NCBI GenBank assembly: GCA_944349615.1 | Contig: CALVNK010000003.1 | Location: 1-40,634, forward strand | Direction: 5' to 3' | Length of the DNA stretch: 40,634 bases | From: an uncultured Clostridia bacterium | GTDB taxonomy: Bacteria; Bacillota; Clostridia; Christensenellales; UBA1242 | Shown here: positions 19,217 to 27,517 of the stretch, one piece after another | How positions within the stretch are numbered: position 1 is the first letter of the stretch | Layout of the letters: each line of letters opens with the position of its first letter | The notes under the pieces: generated by a model | The model's input: only the letters and a program-made list of their open reading frames with translations | What the model was told of the DNA's origin: nothing | Database searches by the model: none | Made by a program: the position numbers and the translations under genes

Positions 19217-19246
19217 GGGGGATAGCGTAAAACTATCCCTATTTTT
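19217..19246. terminator. Terminator closing the phage-like operon (probably bidirectional)
   Basis: GGGGATAG-CGTAAAA-CTATCCCT stem with an A run upstream and a T run downstream. Confidence 0.7.
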
Positions 19247-19366
19247 GTTTTTGATATATTAAAACAATTTTTAATTTTCTGAAAGTTTTTGATGTTTTTA
19301 ACAATTTTTGTGCCTGATTTTCTGTGAACACTTTTGAATTTTGCATTAATCCTTTAATTGAATTCC

Positions 19367-21523
19367 TTAGTCATAATCAGGGCCATTATCTGTAAGTCCA
19401 CCCCAAAGAGCGCCAGCATAGAATTTGTATCTGTTTGGAGTTGTGTCACTTTTGCGTTTTAACACCTTGAATGTTACTTCAAGATAGTCACAGCCCCCTG
19501 CGCCACCAAACATATCTGAATTAAATCTTCCTGAAAGGTAGGTATAACCATCTGGAATTAGTTCGTTGTCAAGTTCACTTGAGCCTGGCTCTACAATTTC
19601 ATAGTACTTTCTTACATTTGTTGTCCCCTTAAGTACGAGTGGTTCTTCGCTTATAAGCAGACTTGATGAATATCCATTTTCACCAACGTCTGTCATAAGT
19701 ATGTTTTCACCTATGTCAGTCTTGAATACTCCAAGACGCTCGATATCCACTCCGTCAAAGTATATTCCGCTGTAGTGGTCTTCTGGTGCGCCTGTTTCTT
19801 CGGCATCAAAGCCCTTGCCACCTGTTCCATCTGCCCAGTCCCAATATACATTTTCTTGATCCCATGGACCGTCATAAACTCTAATCTGTTTTGACTTGAG
19901 TACGGTGAGTGTGTCTGTCGCGTTGTTGTAATAATTAAGGTCAACGATTATGTCAAGATATTCTTCTCCGTAGACGCCTTCAGTTGTGCCGTCAAGGCCA
20001 GAGTCATATTTGAGTGCAATTCCAACTCCATCAACGCGCACTTCTTCGTTTACCATAAATACGATTGATTGATATTCATAAGGTCTGATTTTGTCTGCGG
20101 AGTTCTCTTGCCCAGGAACTGCAAAACTTTTGTCCGAATATACATTGTTTGATACTCCTGCATATTCCATTACTTCAGATGCAGGGAAGCGCTGGTCAAT
20201 TGTGACATCGCTTCCGCCATCATTTCCAATTGAAACTTCACTACATACATTTTGTATTATGTTTGCAACTGTGCCTTCATAATCTCTGCCAAGTTCAATT
20301 CTACTTGACATAGTGTCAAATTCATAGGAATAAGAATATTCTCCGTTTTCATCTACTGTGACAACTTCGGTGACATTTGAGTATGTGTAAAAGTAGTCTG
20401 AATTATCTACTACATCTCTACCGATAATGTTGTCAAGCACCCACGCCTCAATCTTTTCAATTTGACGATCGGCAAGCCCTACGAAAGAGCCGAGAATTTT
20501 AAAGTTTTCCTTTGCCTTTGCAAGCGCAAGGTCAACACTTGATTGATCATTTGTGGCAGTGTGTCCTGTCACTTGCACATTAGGAGTGCCGTCATTTGCA
20601 AAAGTCACAGTCACTTGAGCGGGCTCTAAGTCCACAGCATAGCAATAGATTGCATACTCAAGCGCCTTAACAAAGTCAGAATATTCTTGCTCCTCGGTTT
20701 CAACAGCATCTTCAGTGCCGAGATAGTAATTTCTAAGAGTGGTTGTGTATGCAGAAGTAGAATAATGGTTATTATTGGTTTCACTCAGTGCAGTATAGAA
20801 ATTGCGTAAACCTGAAAGATCATAAGGAGAATATATTGAATCATAGATAATTACGCTGCCATCAGTTATGTATGATGTTACCGAAGAAGACATTCCGTTT
20901 TTAAATGTTAGATAAGCATTAGTGTCTTGAGAATTATTATTTAATAAAGTCATATTATAAGGGGCGCCCCACTTCCAAGCAAGCGAGGTGTCCGCACCGA
21001 CAATTTGATATTGTTGTGGCAGATTTTGTGATATAGTCAAATCTTCATCACTTATACTACTATTATTGACAATTTGTCTACTTGTTACAGTGCCTTCAGT
21101 ATTGACTTGATAACGCATACTATCATAAAGATAAGGTAAGTTGTTTTCAATATCAAAATTTGGATTGTTTGATTGAATATTGTTATATATGTCCTCACCT
21201 GTGCTTGTATTTGCAATTTCATAAATATTGTATAAAAAGTTTATTATATGCCAAGCATATTGACCATAATAATCATTTGTACCACCAACAGTCGCACCAG
21301 AGCCTTCATCATAGTTATAGTCGTCAGGGCGATAAAGTACCTTTGTGCCGTAAAGACTTGATGATGTGATGGTTTCAGGATCACTTTCTTCAAAGTCATC
21401 AAGTTCAGCAAAGTCATCAAGCTCAGCAAATTCATCACAACCTGAAAGTAATGCAAGTGCAGGGAATATGCACAACATTAATAGACAGATTATTCTAAAA
21501 ATAATAGTTTTTTTCTTCTTCAT
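19367..21523 (-). CDS. Large acidic lipoprotein, unknown function
   Basis: Basic N-terminus, hydrophobic core, lipobox LSGC; 718 aa; D/E/N/Y-rich. Confidence 0.75.
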   Translation of the reverse strand: MKKKKTIIFRIICLLMLCIFPALALLSGCDEFAELDDFAELDDFEESDPETITSSSLYGTKVLYRPDDYNYDEGSGATVGGTNDYYGQYAWHIINFLYNIYEIANTSTGEDIYNNIQSNNPNFDIENNLPYLYDSMRYQVNTEGTVTSRQIVNNSSISDEDLTISQNLPQQYQIVGADTSLAWKWGAPYNMTLLNNNSQDTNAYLTFKNGMSSSVTSYITDGSVIIYDSIYSPYDLSGLRNFYTALSETNNNHYSTSAYTTTLRNYYLGTEDAVETEEQEYSDFVKALEYAIYCYAVDLEPAQVTVTFANDGTPNVQVTGHTATNDQSSVDLALAKAKENFKILGSFVGLADRQIEKIEAWVLDNIIGRDVVDNSDYFYTYSNVTEVVTVDENGEYSYSYEFDTMSSRIELGRDYEGTVANIIQNVCSEVSIGNDGGSDVTIDQRFPASEVMEYAGVSNNVYSDKSFAVPGQENSADKIRPYEYQSIVFMVNEEVRVDGVGIALKYDSGLDGTTEGVYGEEYLDIIVDLNYYNNATDTLTVLKSKQIRVYDGPWDQENVYWDWADGTGGKGFDAEETGAPEDHYSGIYFDGVDIERLGVFKTDIGENILMTDVGENGYSSSLLISEEPLVLKGTTNVRKYYEIVEPGSSELDNELIPDGYTYLSGRFNSDMFGGAGGCDYLEVTFKVLKRKSDTTPNRYKFYAGALWGGLTDNGPDYD

Positions 21524-21608
21524 AACTTTATTTTATCCTAAATTTATCTAAAAATCAATTTATTTAATATATTTTAACAAAAAAATGGCAATTTCTGCCA
21601 TTCTTTTT

Positions 21609-22727
21609 TTAACATAATTCAATATCGTCATCAAAATAATAGTTGTAGGTTGCAAGATTTTGTGTTGACGCTTCAGCCTGTTCAATCTTTTCACCTGTAA
21701 AGGTATATTCAGTTGATTGAGATGTAGTTGTATATTTTCCTTCTTGAATATTGGCAATTATGCTTGTAGGATCTGCTGAAGGTGCTTCAGCAACCATATA
21801 GTATTCTTCGACACCATTCTCCGTGATTTGATATACTGTTATAGGACGATAAGTTTTACCATTGCTAGGAGATGCACTTCCTATGCTGCACCATATATCG
21901 CCTTTAAGGTTATTGTCAGCATCAATTGTTTGTATTACGGTTTTGCCAAGGTCTGTGTTAGGTTTTATATTATCTATTGTTGTTGAAATTTGTTTTTCAA
22001 TAGTAAATGTAGCACTAGGCATTTTACCATTGACTAAATCACTAACATGGCATGCTTGATTGAAAGTTACTTGACCAATAGTAAAATATCTTGTAGTTCC
22101 ATAATCGTGATATAATTTTACCTGTAATTCTTTTATCTGATCATTATTATTACTATTTGTAATCATCCATTCAGCATTTTTAAAATCACTGGAGTTATTT
22201 ATATAGATTAACTGATTTGCTATATCATCCAAATAATTATCATTTAAGATTTGAGTAAACTCGTCAGCAAAATAGTTGATTTCGTCAACTTCGTCAACCT
22301 CGTCAATACTGCCAGGGATTTCAGTTGAAGGATCTTCTTGACCAGGATTTTCTTCTTCTGGAGGTTTATCTTCAGGTGGAACGTCTTCAGGCGGAACATC
22401 TTCAGGTGGGATGTCTTCACCAGGATTTTCGGGATCTGGGTCAATAACAGGATCATCAGGATCAATAACAGGATCATCAGGATCGATAACAGGATCGTCA
22501 GGGTCAATAACAGGGTCGTCAGGATCAACAGGGATAGTGATACCTGGGTTTGTAGTGTCATCAGGATCTTTTTCTTTATCTTTATTGCAACCGACGATTG
22601 TGAATATAAGGCCCACTACAACAAGGACTGTACCAATTTTTGCAAGTGCTCTTTTTGCAAAATTTTTAAGGATACCAAAATTCTTTTTCTTTTTTACTTC
22701 AACTTTTTCAAATTCGTTGCTTTCCAT
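21609..22727 (-). CDS. Lipoprotein with a Pro/Asp-rich tandem-repeat linker
   Basis: GAGGAGG SD before ATG 22727; lipobox IVGC; (PDDPVID)x4 and (PPEDx)x3. Confidence 0.75.
   Translation of the reverse strand: MESNEFEKVEVKKKKNFGILKNFAKRALAKIGTVLVVVGLIFTIVGCNKDKEKDPDDTTNPGITIPVDPDDPVIDPDDPVIDPDDPVIDPDDPVIDPDPENPGEDIPPEDVPPEDVPPEDKPPEEENPGQEDPSTEIPGSIDEVDEVDEINYFADEFTQILNDNYLDDIANQLIYINNSSDFKNAEWMITNSNNNDQIKELQVKLYHDYGTTRYFTIGQVTFNQACHVSDLVNGKMPSATFTIEKQISTTIDNIKPNTDLGKTVIQTIDADNNLKGDIWCSIGSASPSNGKTYRPITVYQITENGVEEYYMVAEAPSADPTSIIANIQEGKYTTTSQSTEYTFTGEKIEQAEASTQNLATYNYYFDDDIELC
22369..22524. repeat. Intragenic tandem repeats: 3 x 15 bp (22369-22413) and 4 x 21 bp (22441-22524)
   Basis: TCTTCAGGYGGRAYR three times; TCAATAACAGGATCATCAGGA-like unit four times. 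Confidence 0.85.
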
Positions 22728-22946
22728 AAACAACCTCCTCAATTTTTTATTGCAATATCAAATGCATATTTCTACATTTATTATAGCATACATAATTAAA
22801 ATTTCAAGTGCTTTTTTAAAATTTATCAAAATATTTTATATCATCTTTTAGTTGTCCATATCAATAAGCTTATTTTGTTTTTTTCAGTCCAAATTCTAGA
22901 GTGATAGGATATGGTCAGAATTTTGCTGTCGGTTTGAGTTTTGCAC

Positions 22947-23040
22947 GGGCTGGCGAATGGTACGTTTCGTACCTGAGCCTTGCCGTATGGCAAGGCGGGG
23001 CAGATTTTTAGCTGGCTAAAAAGCTGCAATTCGCCAGCCC
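22947..23040. other. 94-nt GC-rich four-way-junction (cloverleaf) element; candidate ncRNA or REP/MITE-type element
   Basis: Closing stem GGGCTGGCGAAT/ATTCGCCAGCCC (12/12) encloses hairpins GGTACG/CGTACC, GCCTTGCC/GGCAAGGC and GCAG.TTTTTAG/CTAAAAA.CTGC. Confidence 0.65.
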
Positions 23041-23105
23041 AAAGTAAATACAACAAATTTGGCAAATCAATTGAAGAAAAAGCAAGAAAATGTTAAAATA
23101 CTAAA

Positions 23106-25214
23106 GTGAATATACAAAGGTTTGTCAATTTTCGATGGATATTCTATCCTTTTCTTGCCTGTCTTTTTGGAGTAATTGTTGCGGGCAGGCTTTTTGCAAG
23201 TTCGATTGAAACCTTAATAATTGCGATTATACTTTTAAGTGTGCTGGCTGGTTTTCTTATATGGAAGAAGAAATACAAAATAATGCTCACGTTATTTCTA
23301 TCATTCTTCATAGGTTGCGGGTTATATTTTATAGGTTATTTTACTACAAAGCCGAATGACTATCAAGGGCAGGTGGCAGTCACTGGCAGAGTCAGTGACA
23401 GTTTTGAAGAAAACGACTATGACTATGTTGTAATACTTGATAGTGTCACCATTGACGGCAAAGCGGAGAAGAACATAAAGGCATACATATCAAAAGGCGG
23501 ACAAAAGGTATCAGTTGGAGACACCATCACATTTGAAAGTGAGATAGAGTCTATCGATGTATTTACACTCGGCTCCTTCAACAGTGACTACTATAGAAAC
23601 GGAGTTGGATACACAGCCGAGATTGCCAGCGATGACCTTGTGATACTTGAAAGTGGCAAGGTGTACATAGACGAGCAGATTCGCATGGCGATCAAAGAAA
23701 AGTTATATGAGAATATGACGCAGGACAGTGCTTCTATTTCCTATGCTGTTCTTTTCGGCGACCAGTCGGGTATATCCTTTGAGATAAAGGGAGCCTATCG
23801 CGATTCAGGCATAATTCATCTTTTAGCGGTATCTGGACTCAACATAAGTTTTTTAATAGCAATCATCTTTGGTGGTCTAAAACTTTTAAAGTGCAACAAA
23901 TATGTCAACTTTCTTTTGACATCCTTTATAATCATATTTTATTGTGTACTTTGTGGCATGACGCCGTCAGTTTTGCGAGCAGGGTTTATGGGGATCATCA
24001 TGATCATTGCCATGCTGTTTGGCAGGCGGTATGACTCACTCAATGCAATGGGTGTGGCTGGGTTTACAATACTTTTAATCAGTCCGCTTTCAGCCTTTGA
24101 TGTAGGCTTTTTGATGTCTATTGCTTGCGTATGTGGAATAATTTTGCTTTATCCATGCTTTTACAAATTTTTTGCCAAATTCTGTCCTAATTTAATTGCG
24201 CAGTACCTATCGATGTCTTTTTCAGCACAAGTGACCATATTGCCATTTTTGGCACTCTTTTCATCACAGTTCAACCTTCTATTCTTTATGATCAATTTGA
24301 TTGTTGTGCCACTTTTCTCGATTTTATATCCATTTCTTGTGTTTATGTCAGTGATAGTCTTTATCTTGCCATTTTTATCGCCACTTTTCAAACTTATAGA
24401 CTATGGTATGCAACTTGTATTGATAATAGCAGGCATTTTTGCAAACTCATCACTTGTCGTCAACTTGTCGCCAATGTCGTTTGGAGTGATGTGCTTTTTC
24501 TTCCTGTTGATATTTGTGCTTGGGCAGTTTTTTATGGCAAAAAAGATAAGCAAGTGGGTGCTTTCTTGTGTGCTTATCATGGCACTTTCAATAAACTACG
24601 GCTTTTCTTCTCTTGCCTCCAACATGAAAGCAGGGGTATGTGTCCTGACAAGTTATGACGATCAAGCGGTCATATTACAAAACACATCAGGCGAAAGATT
24701 GCTTGTTGGACAGACTTACATACTTTCTCGCTATATGAATAATCACAATGTCAAAGACTTTGATGGCTATGTCGCGTTTGAGTCCTTGACAAGCGGACGC
24801 ATTGAATATTTAAGTCAATACAATATCACAAGTTACATCGCACGCGAGGGTGACGAAAGCTATGACAGTGTATTTGTAACGACCGAAAACAAACCTATTA
24901 AACTTGGCGACTTTATCATATCTTATCTTGTTGTAGGGGATGATATTCTTGGAGTACAAGTATATTTTGACGAAATAATGGTTTTTGTTGCAAATGATGA
25001 TGAAAGTGGATATAATATAGATTATTACAACTCTGTTTTTGACGCATTTCCGCCTTCACTCGTGGTGGCGGGCGAAAACGATATGCTTTGCAACGGAAAT
25101 TACATATCATATTCAAGATATAAAAACTATTATTCGACCTTTGATTTTGCCTCTGATGGCAACCTGTATTTCAAACTTGATGGTCAATATTTCATTATAA
25201 GGGGGCTTGATTGA
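23106..25214 (+). CDS. comEC: ComEC/Rec2 competence protein
   Basis: GIIHLLAVSGLNIS, PSVLRAGFM, DVGFLMS; N-terminal OB-like region; directly upstream of holA. Confidence 0.9.
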   Translation: MNIQRFVNFRWIFYPFLACLFGVIVAGRLFASSIETLIIAIILLSVLAGFLIWKKKYKIMLTLFLSFFIGCGLYFIGYFTTKPNDYQGQVAVTGRVSDSFEENDYDYVVILDSVTIDGKAEKNIKAYISKGGQKVSVGDTITFESEIESIDVFTLGSFNSDYYRNGVGYTAEIASDDLVILESGKVYIDEQIRMAIKEKLYENMTQDSASISYAVLFGDQSGISFEIKGAYRDSGIIHLLAVSGLNISFLIAIIFGGLKLLKCNKYVNFLLTSFIIIFYCVLCGMTPSVLRAGFMGIIMIIAMLFGRRYDSLNAMGVAGFTILLISPLSAFDVGFLMSIACVCGIILLYPCFYKFFAKFCPNLIAQYLSMSFSAQVTILPFLALFSSQFNLLFFMINLIVVPLFSILYPFLVFMSVIVFILPFLSPLFKLIDYGMQLVLIIAGIFANSSLVVNLSPMSFGVMCFFFLLIFVLGQFFMAKKISKWVLSCVLIMALSINYGFSSLASNMKAGVCVLTSYDDQAVILQNTSGERLLVGQTYILSRYMNNHNVKDFDGYVAFESLTSGRIEYLSQYNITSYIAREGDESYDSVFVTTENKPIKLGDFIISYLVVGDDILGVQVYFDEIMVFVANDDESGYNIDYYNSVFDAFPPSLVVAGENDMLCNGNYISYSRYKNYYSTFDFASDGNLYFKLDGQYFIIRGLD

Positions 25215-26155
25215 AAACTTTAAAACAAAGACTAAAAAGCGGACTTGACAATTTCTATCTTCTTCAAGGCGAAGATAGTTATTTGTATGATAGGGCACTT
25301 TCGATGATTAAAAAGGCTTGCAATATTTCCTTTCCTGATTTTAATTATCAGGTTTTTGACGATGAAAATTTTTCGGCAAACGCCCTTCGAGCAAGCCTCG
25401 AAAGTATGCCTTTCTCAGACGAAAAAAGATTGACTGTTGTAAAAAATGTTGAAAAATTATCTGAAAACGACAAAAAAATCATCACTTCCTATTGCGAAAA
25501 TCCGCTTTCTTCAAGCGTGCTTGTGGTTTGCGACTATGCAAATAAATTTGATTTTTTAAAGCCCTATTCGCAGTTTGTAGATTGCAAACGCTTTGATTAT
25601 CCACTCGCAAAGGCAATTATTGTAAATGATTTCGCAAAATACAACAAGAAGATAAGTGAAGAGGCGATCACTGCTCTGTATGACAGTTGCAATGGCTATC
25701 TTTCAAAGATTTCGCTTGAAATACAAAAAATATCCGCCTACCTTGGTGATGAGGAGTTTGTTACAAAACAAGTTGTCGACAACTTGACCAGCAAGGATAG
25801 CGAATATATGGTTTTTGAACTTACTGAAAGTCTAGGCGCGAAGAAAACAAGTCGGGCAATCGAACTTCTAAACCTTATGCTTAAACAACAAGGACTTTTG
25901 GCTCTCATTACAAATCATTTTCGAAGACTATTTTTTATTTCCATTTCAGATCAAGACAACAAAACGCTTGCAAATCTTCTCGGCGTCAAGGAGTATGCAG
26001 TTACCAAAATGCGCACGCAAGTTAAAAACTTTTCAAAAGTGCAACTTAAAAAGATCTATTCTCTCCTTGAAGAAGTTGATTATATGATAAAAAGTGGTGC
26101 AATGCTACAAGATACAGCATTAAATTATCTTGTCTTTTCAATACTTAATATATGA
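25211..26155 (+). CDS. holA: DNA polymerase III delta subunit
   Basis: YLLQGEDSYL, SMPFSDEKRLTVV, VFELTESL, VDYMIKSG; canonical comEC-holA order. Confidence 0.88.
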   Translation: MKTLKQRLKSGLDNFYLLQGEDSYLYDRALSMIKKACNISFPDFNYQVFDDENFSANALRASLESMPFSDEKRLTVVKNVEKLSENDKKIITSYCENPLSSSVLVVCDYANKFDFLKPYSQFVDCKRFDYPLAKAIIVNDFAKYNKKISEEAITALYDSCNGYLSKISLEIQKISAYLGDEEFVTKQVVDNLTSKDSEYMVFELTESLGAKKTSRAIELLNLMLKQQGLLALITNHFRRLFFISISDQDNKTLANLLGVKEYAVTKMRTQVKNFSKVQLKKIYSLLEEVDYMIKSGAMLQDTALNYLVFSILNI

Positions 26156-26453
26156 TAAGGACAAAACTTAATTTACAATTTACAAAAATTCAGTGAAAAT
26201 TTCATATAATATCTAGTCAGAATTTTTAAAAAAACCTAGTAAAATTTCAATGAAAGTCTACCAAGTATTAAATAAGAAATTTGCTCAGATTTTCAATTTG
26301 ACTTTGGTCACTTGTATATAGAAATTTGTCAAATTTTAATCTATGTCTGGCTAGTTTTTAATAAGATAATTAGCCATTTTTTCATAAAAGCCTTATCAAG
26401 ACTAATAAATTTATTTTTTCAAAATTAAGCAATCATAATTTGATAAATTAAAA

Positions 26454-27259
26454 TAGCATAGTTATTTTTTCATAACTATGCTAATTTTTAGTTATTATTA
26501 CCGAAAGAGAGTGGCTAAGTAACTTTTTCGAGCGCAAGCTATTAACTGTTTTTGCTGGATAGTTATTAAAACATAACTATGTAATATTATTAAATTTAAT
26601 CTTTTAATGCACGAAATTTAATCTTTATTAAGCAAATTTGAAGCGTTTTTTTTGGTAGGGGGAGGGTAACTGAAGTAAGCCCTGCAAACTTATTTTGAAA
26701 AATATGGAATTGAGAGAATTTAAGAATTTAGTTTTTGACTTTACATAAAATCGATTAAAAGTAGCATAGTTATGAAAACATAACTATGTTAGCTTTTAGT
26801 TATACTATGTTTTTTAGTTATGATTTCCGAAAGAAAGTGGCTAGGGCACTTTTTTAACATAAGTTCTCGCTTGTTTTCTTGCAGTCTGTAAATTGTTAAT
26901 ATCTTAGCATAGTTATGAAAACATAACTAAGTTATATTATTATATTTAATCATCTATTGTATTACACAAAATTTAACCTTTATTTACACAAATTTGAAGT
27001 GTTGTGGAGGGTAAACCTAAGTAGCCATGTAAACTTATTTTGAAAATATGGAGTTGAGAGAATTTAAGAATTTAGTTTTTGACTTTATATAAAATTAATT
27101 TAAAACTAAAATAGTTATTAAAAAATAACTATGTTGTATTATATTTAATATTCAATTGCACAAAATTTAATCTTTATTTCTACAAACTTTGAAGCATTGG
27201 GCGGGGGATAAATCTAAGTAAGTCCTGCAAAATTAGTTTGAAAAATGTTGAGTTGAGAG
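26454..27259. repeat. Degenerate non-coding repeat array (A-B-A-B-B') with five ATAGTTAT-N6-ATAACTA(T/A) palindromes
   Basis: Palindrome cores start at 26458, 26559, 26766, 26909 and 27111. Exact 34-bp duplication at 26710-26743 and 27054-27087. CCGAAAGARAGTGGCTA occurs in both A units. Confidence 0.85.
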
Positions 27260-27517
27260 GTAGGCACAGAGACAAAAAATGTAATATGCTGATAAGTAAA
27301 ACTAAATAATCCTTTTTATAAATTTGAGTTTCTAATTATGATTTAAAAAAAACGATTAAAACTTAATTTTATAAAAATATTATGCATGAAATAAAAAGTC
27401 CAGACAAATATATCTGAACTTAAAATAATGAAATCATAAACTTAAAATGTTGAGCGAAATTTAGTAAAGTAAGGCCAAATGTCTAAATAAAGACCTGATC
27501 CGTATGATTTTTTGAGA

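Noticed and set aside
22244-22851. Repetitive ORFs 22244..22561, 22338..22799 and 22411..22851 (SGSITGS, NNRIIRI repeats)
   Set aside because: These are other reading frames of the lipoprotein's 21-bp and 15-bp tandem repeats.
22947-23040. tRNA gene or hammerhead ribozyme
   Set aside because: No GTTC T-loop, D-loop GG, 7-nt anticodon loop or CCA. No CUGAUGA/GAAA catalytic core at the junction on either strand.
22841-23065. 74-aa minus-strand ORF
   Set aside because: It runs through the palindromic cloverleaf element, with no SD and no protein-like features.
26454-27259. CRISPR array
   Set aside because: Spacing is 101-207 bp and irregular, the intervening sequences are themselves repeats, and there are no cas genes in the window.
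26156-27517. oriC or canonical dif site
   Set aside because: No TTATCCACA DnaA-box cluster seen and no dnaA nearby. The palindrome arms (..GTTAT-N6-ATAAC..) have the opposite inner polarity to dif (..ATAA-N6-TTAT..).
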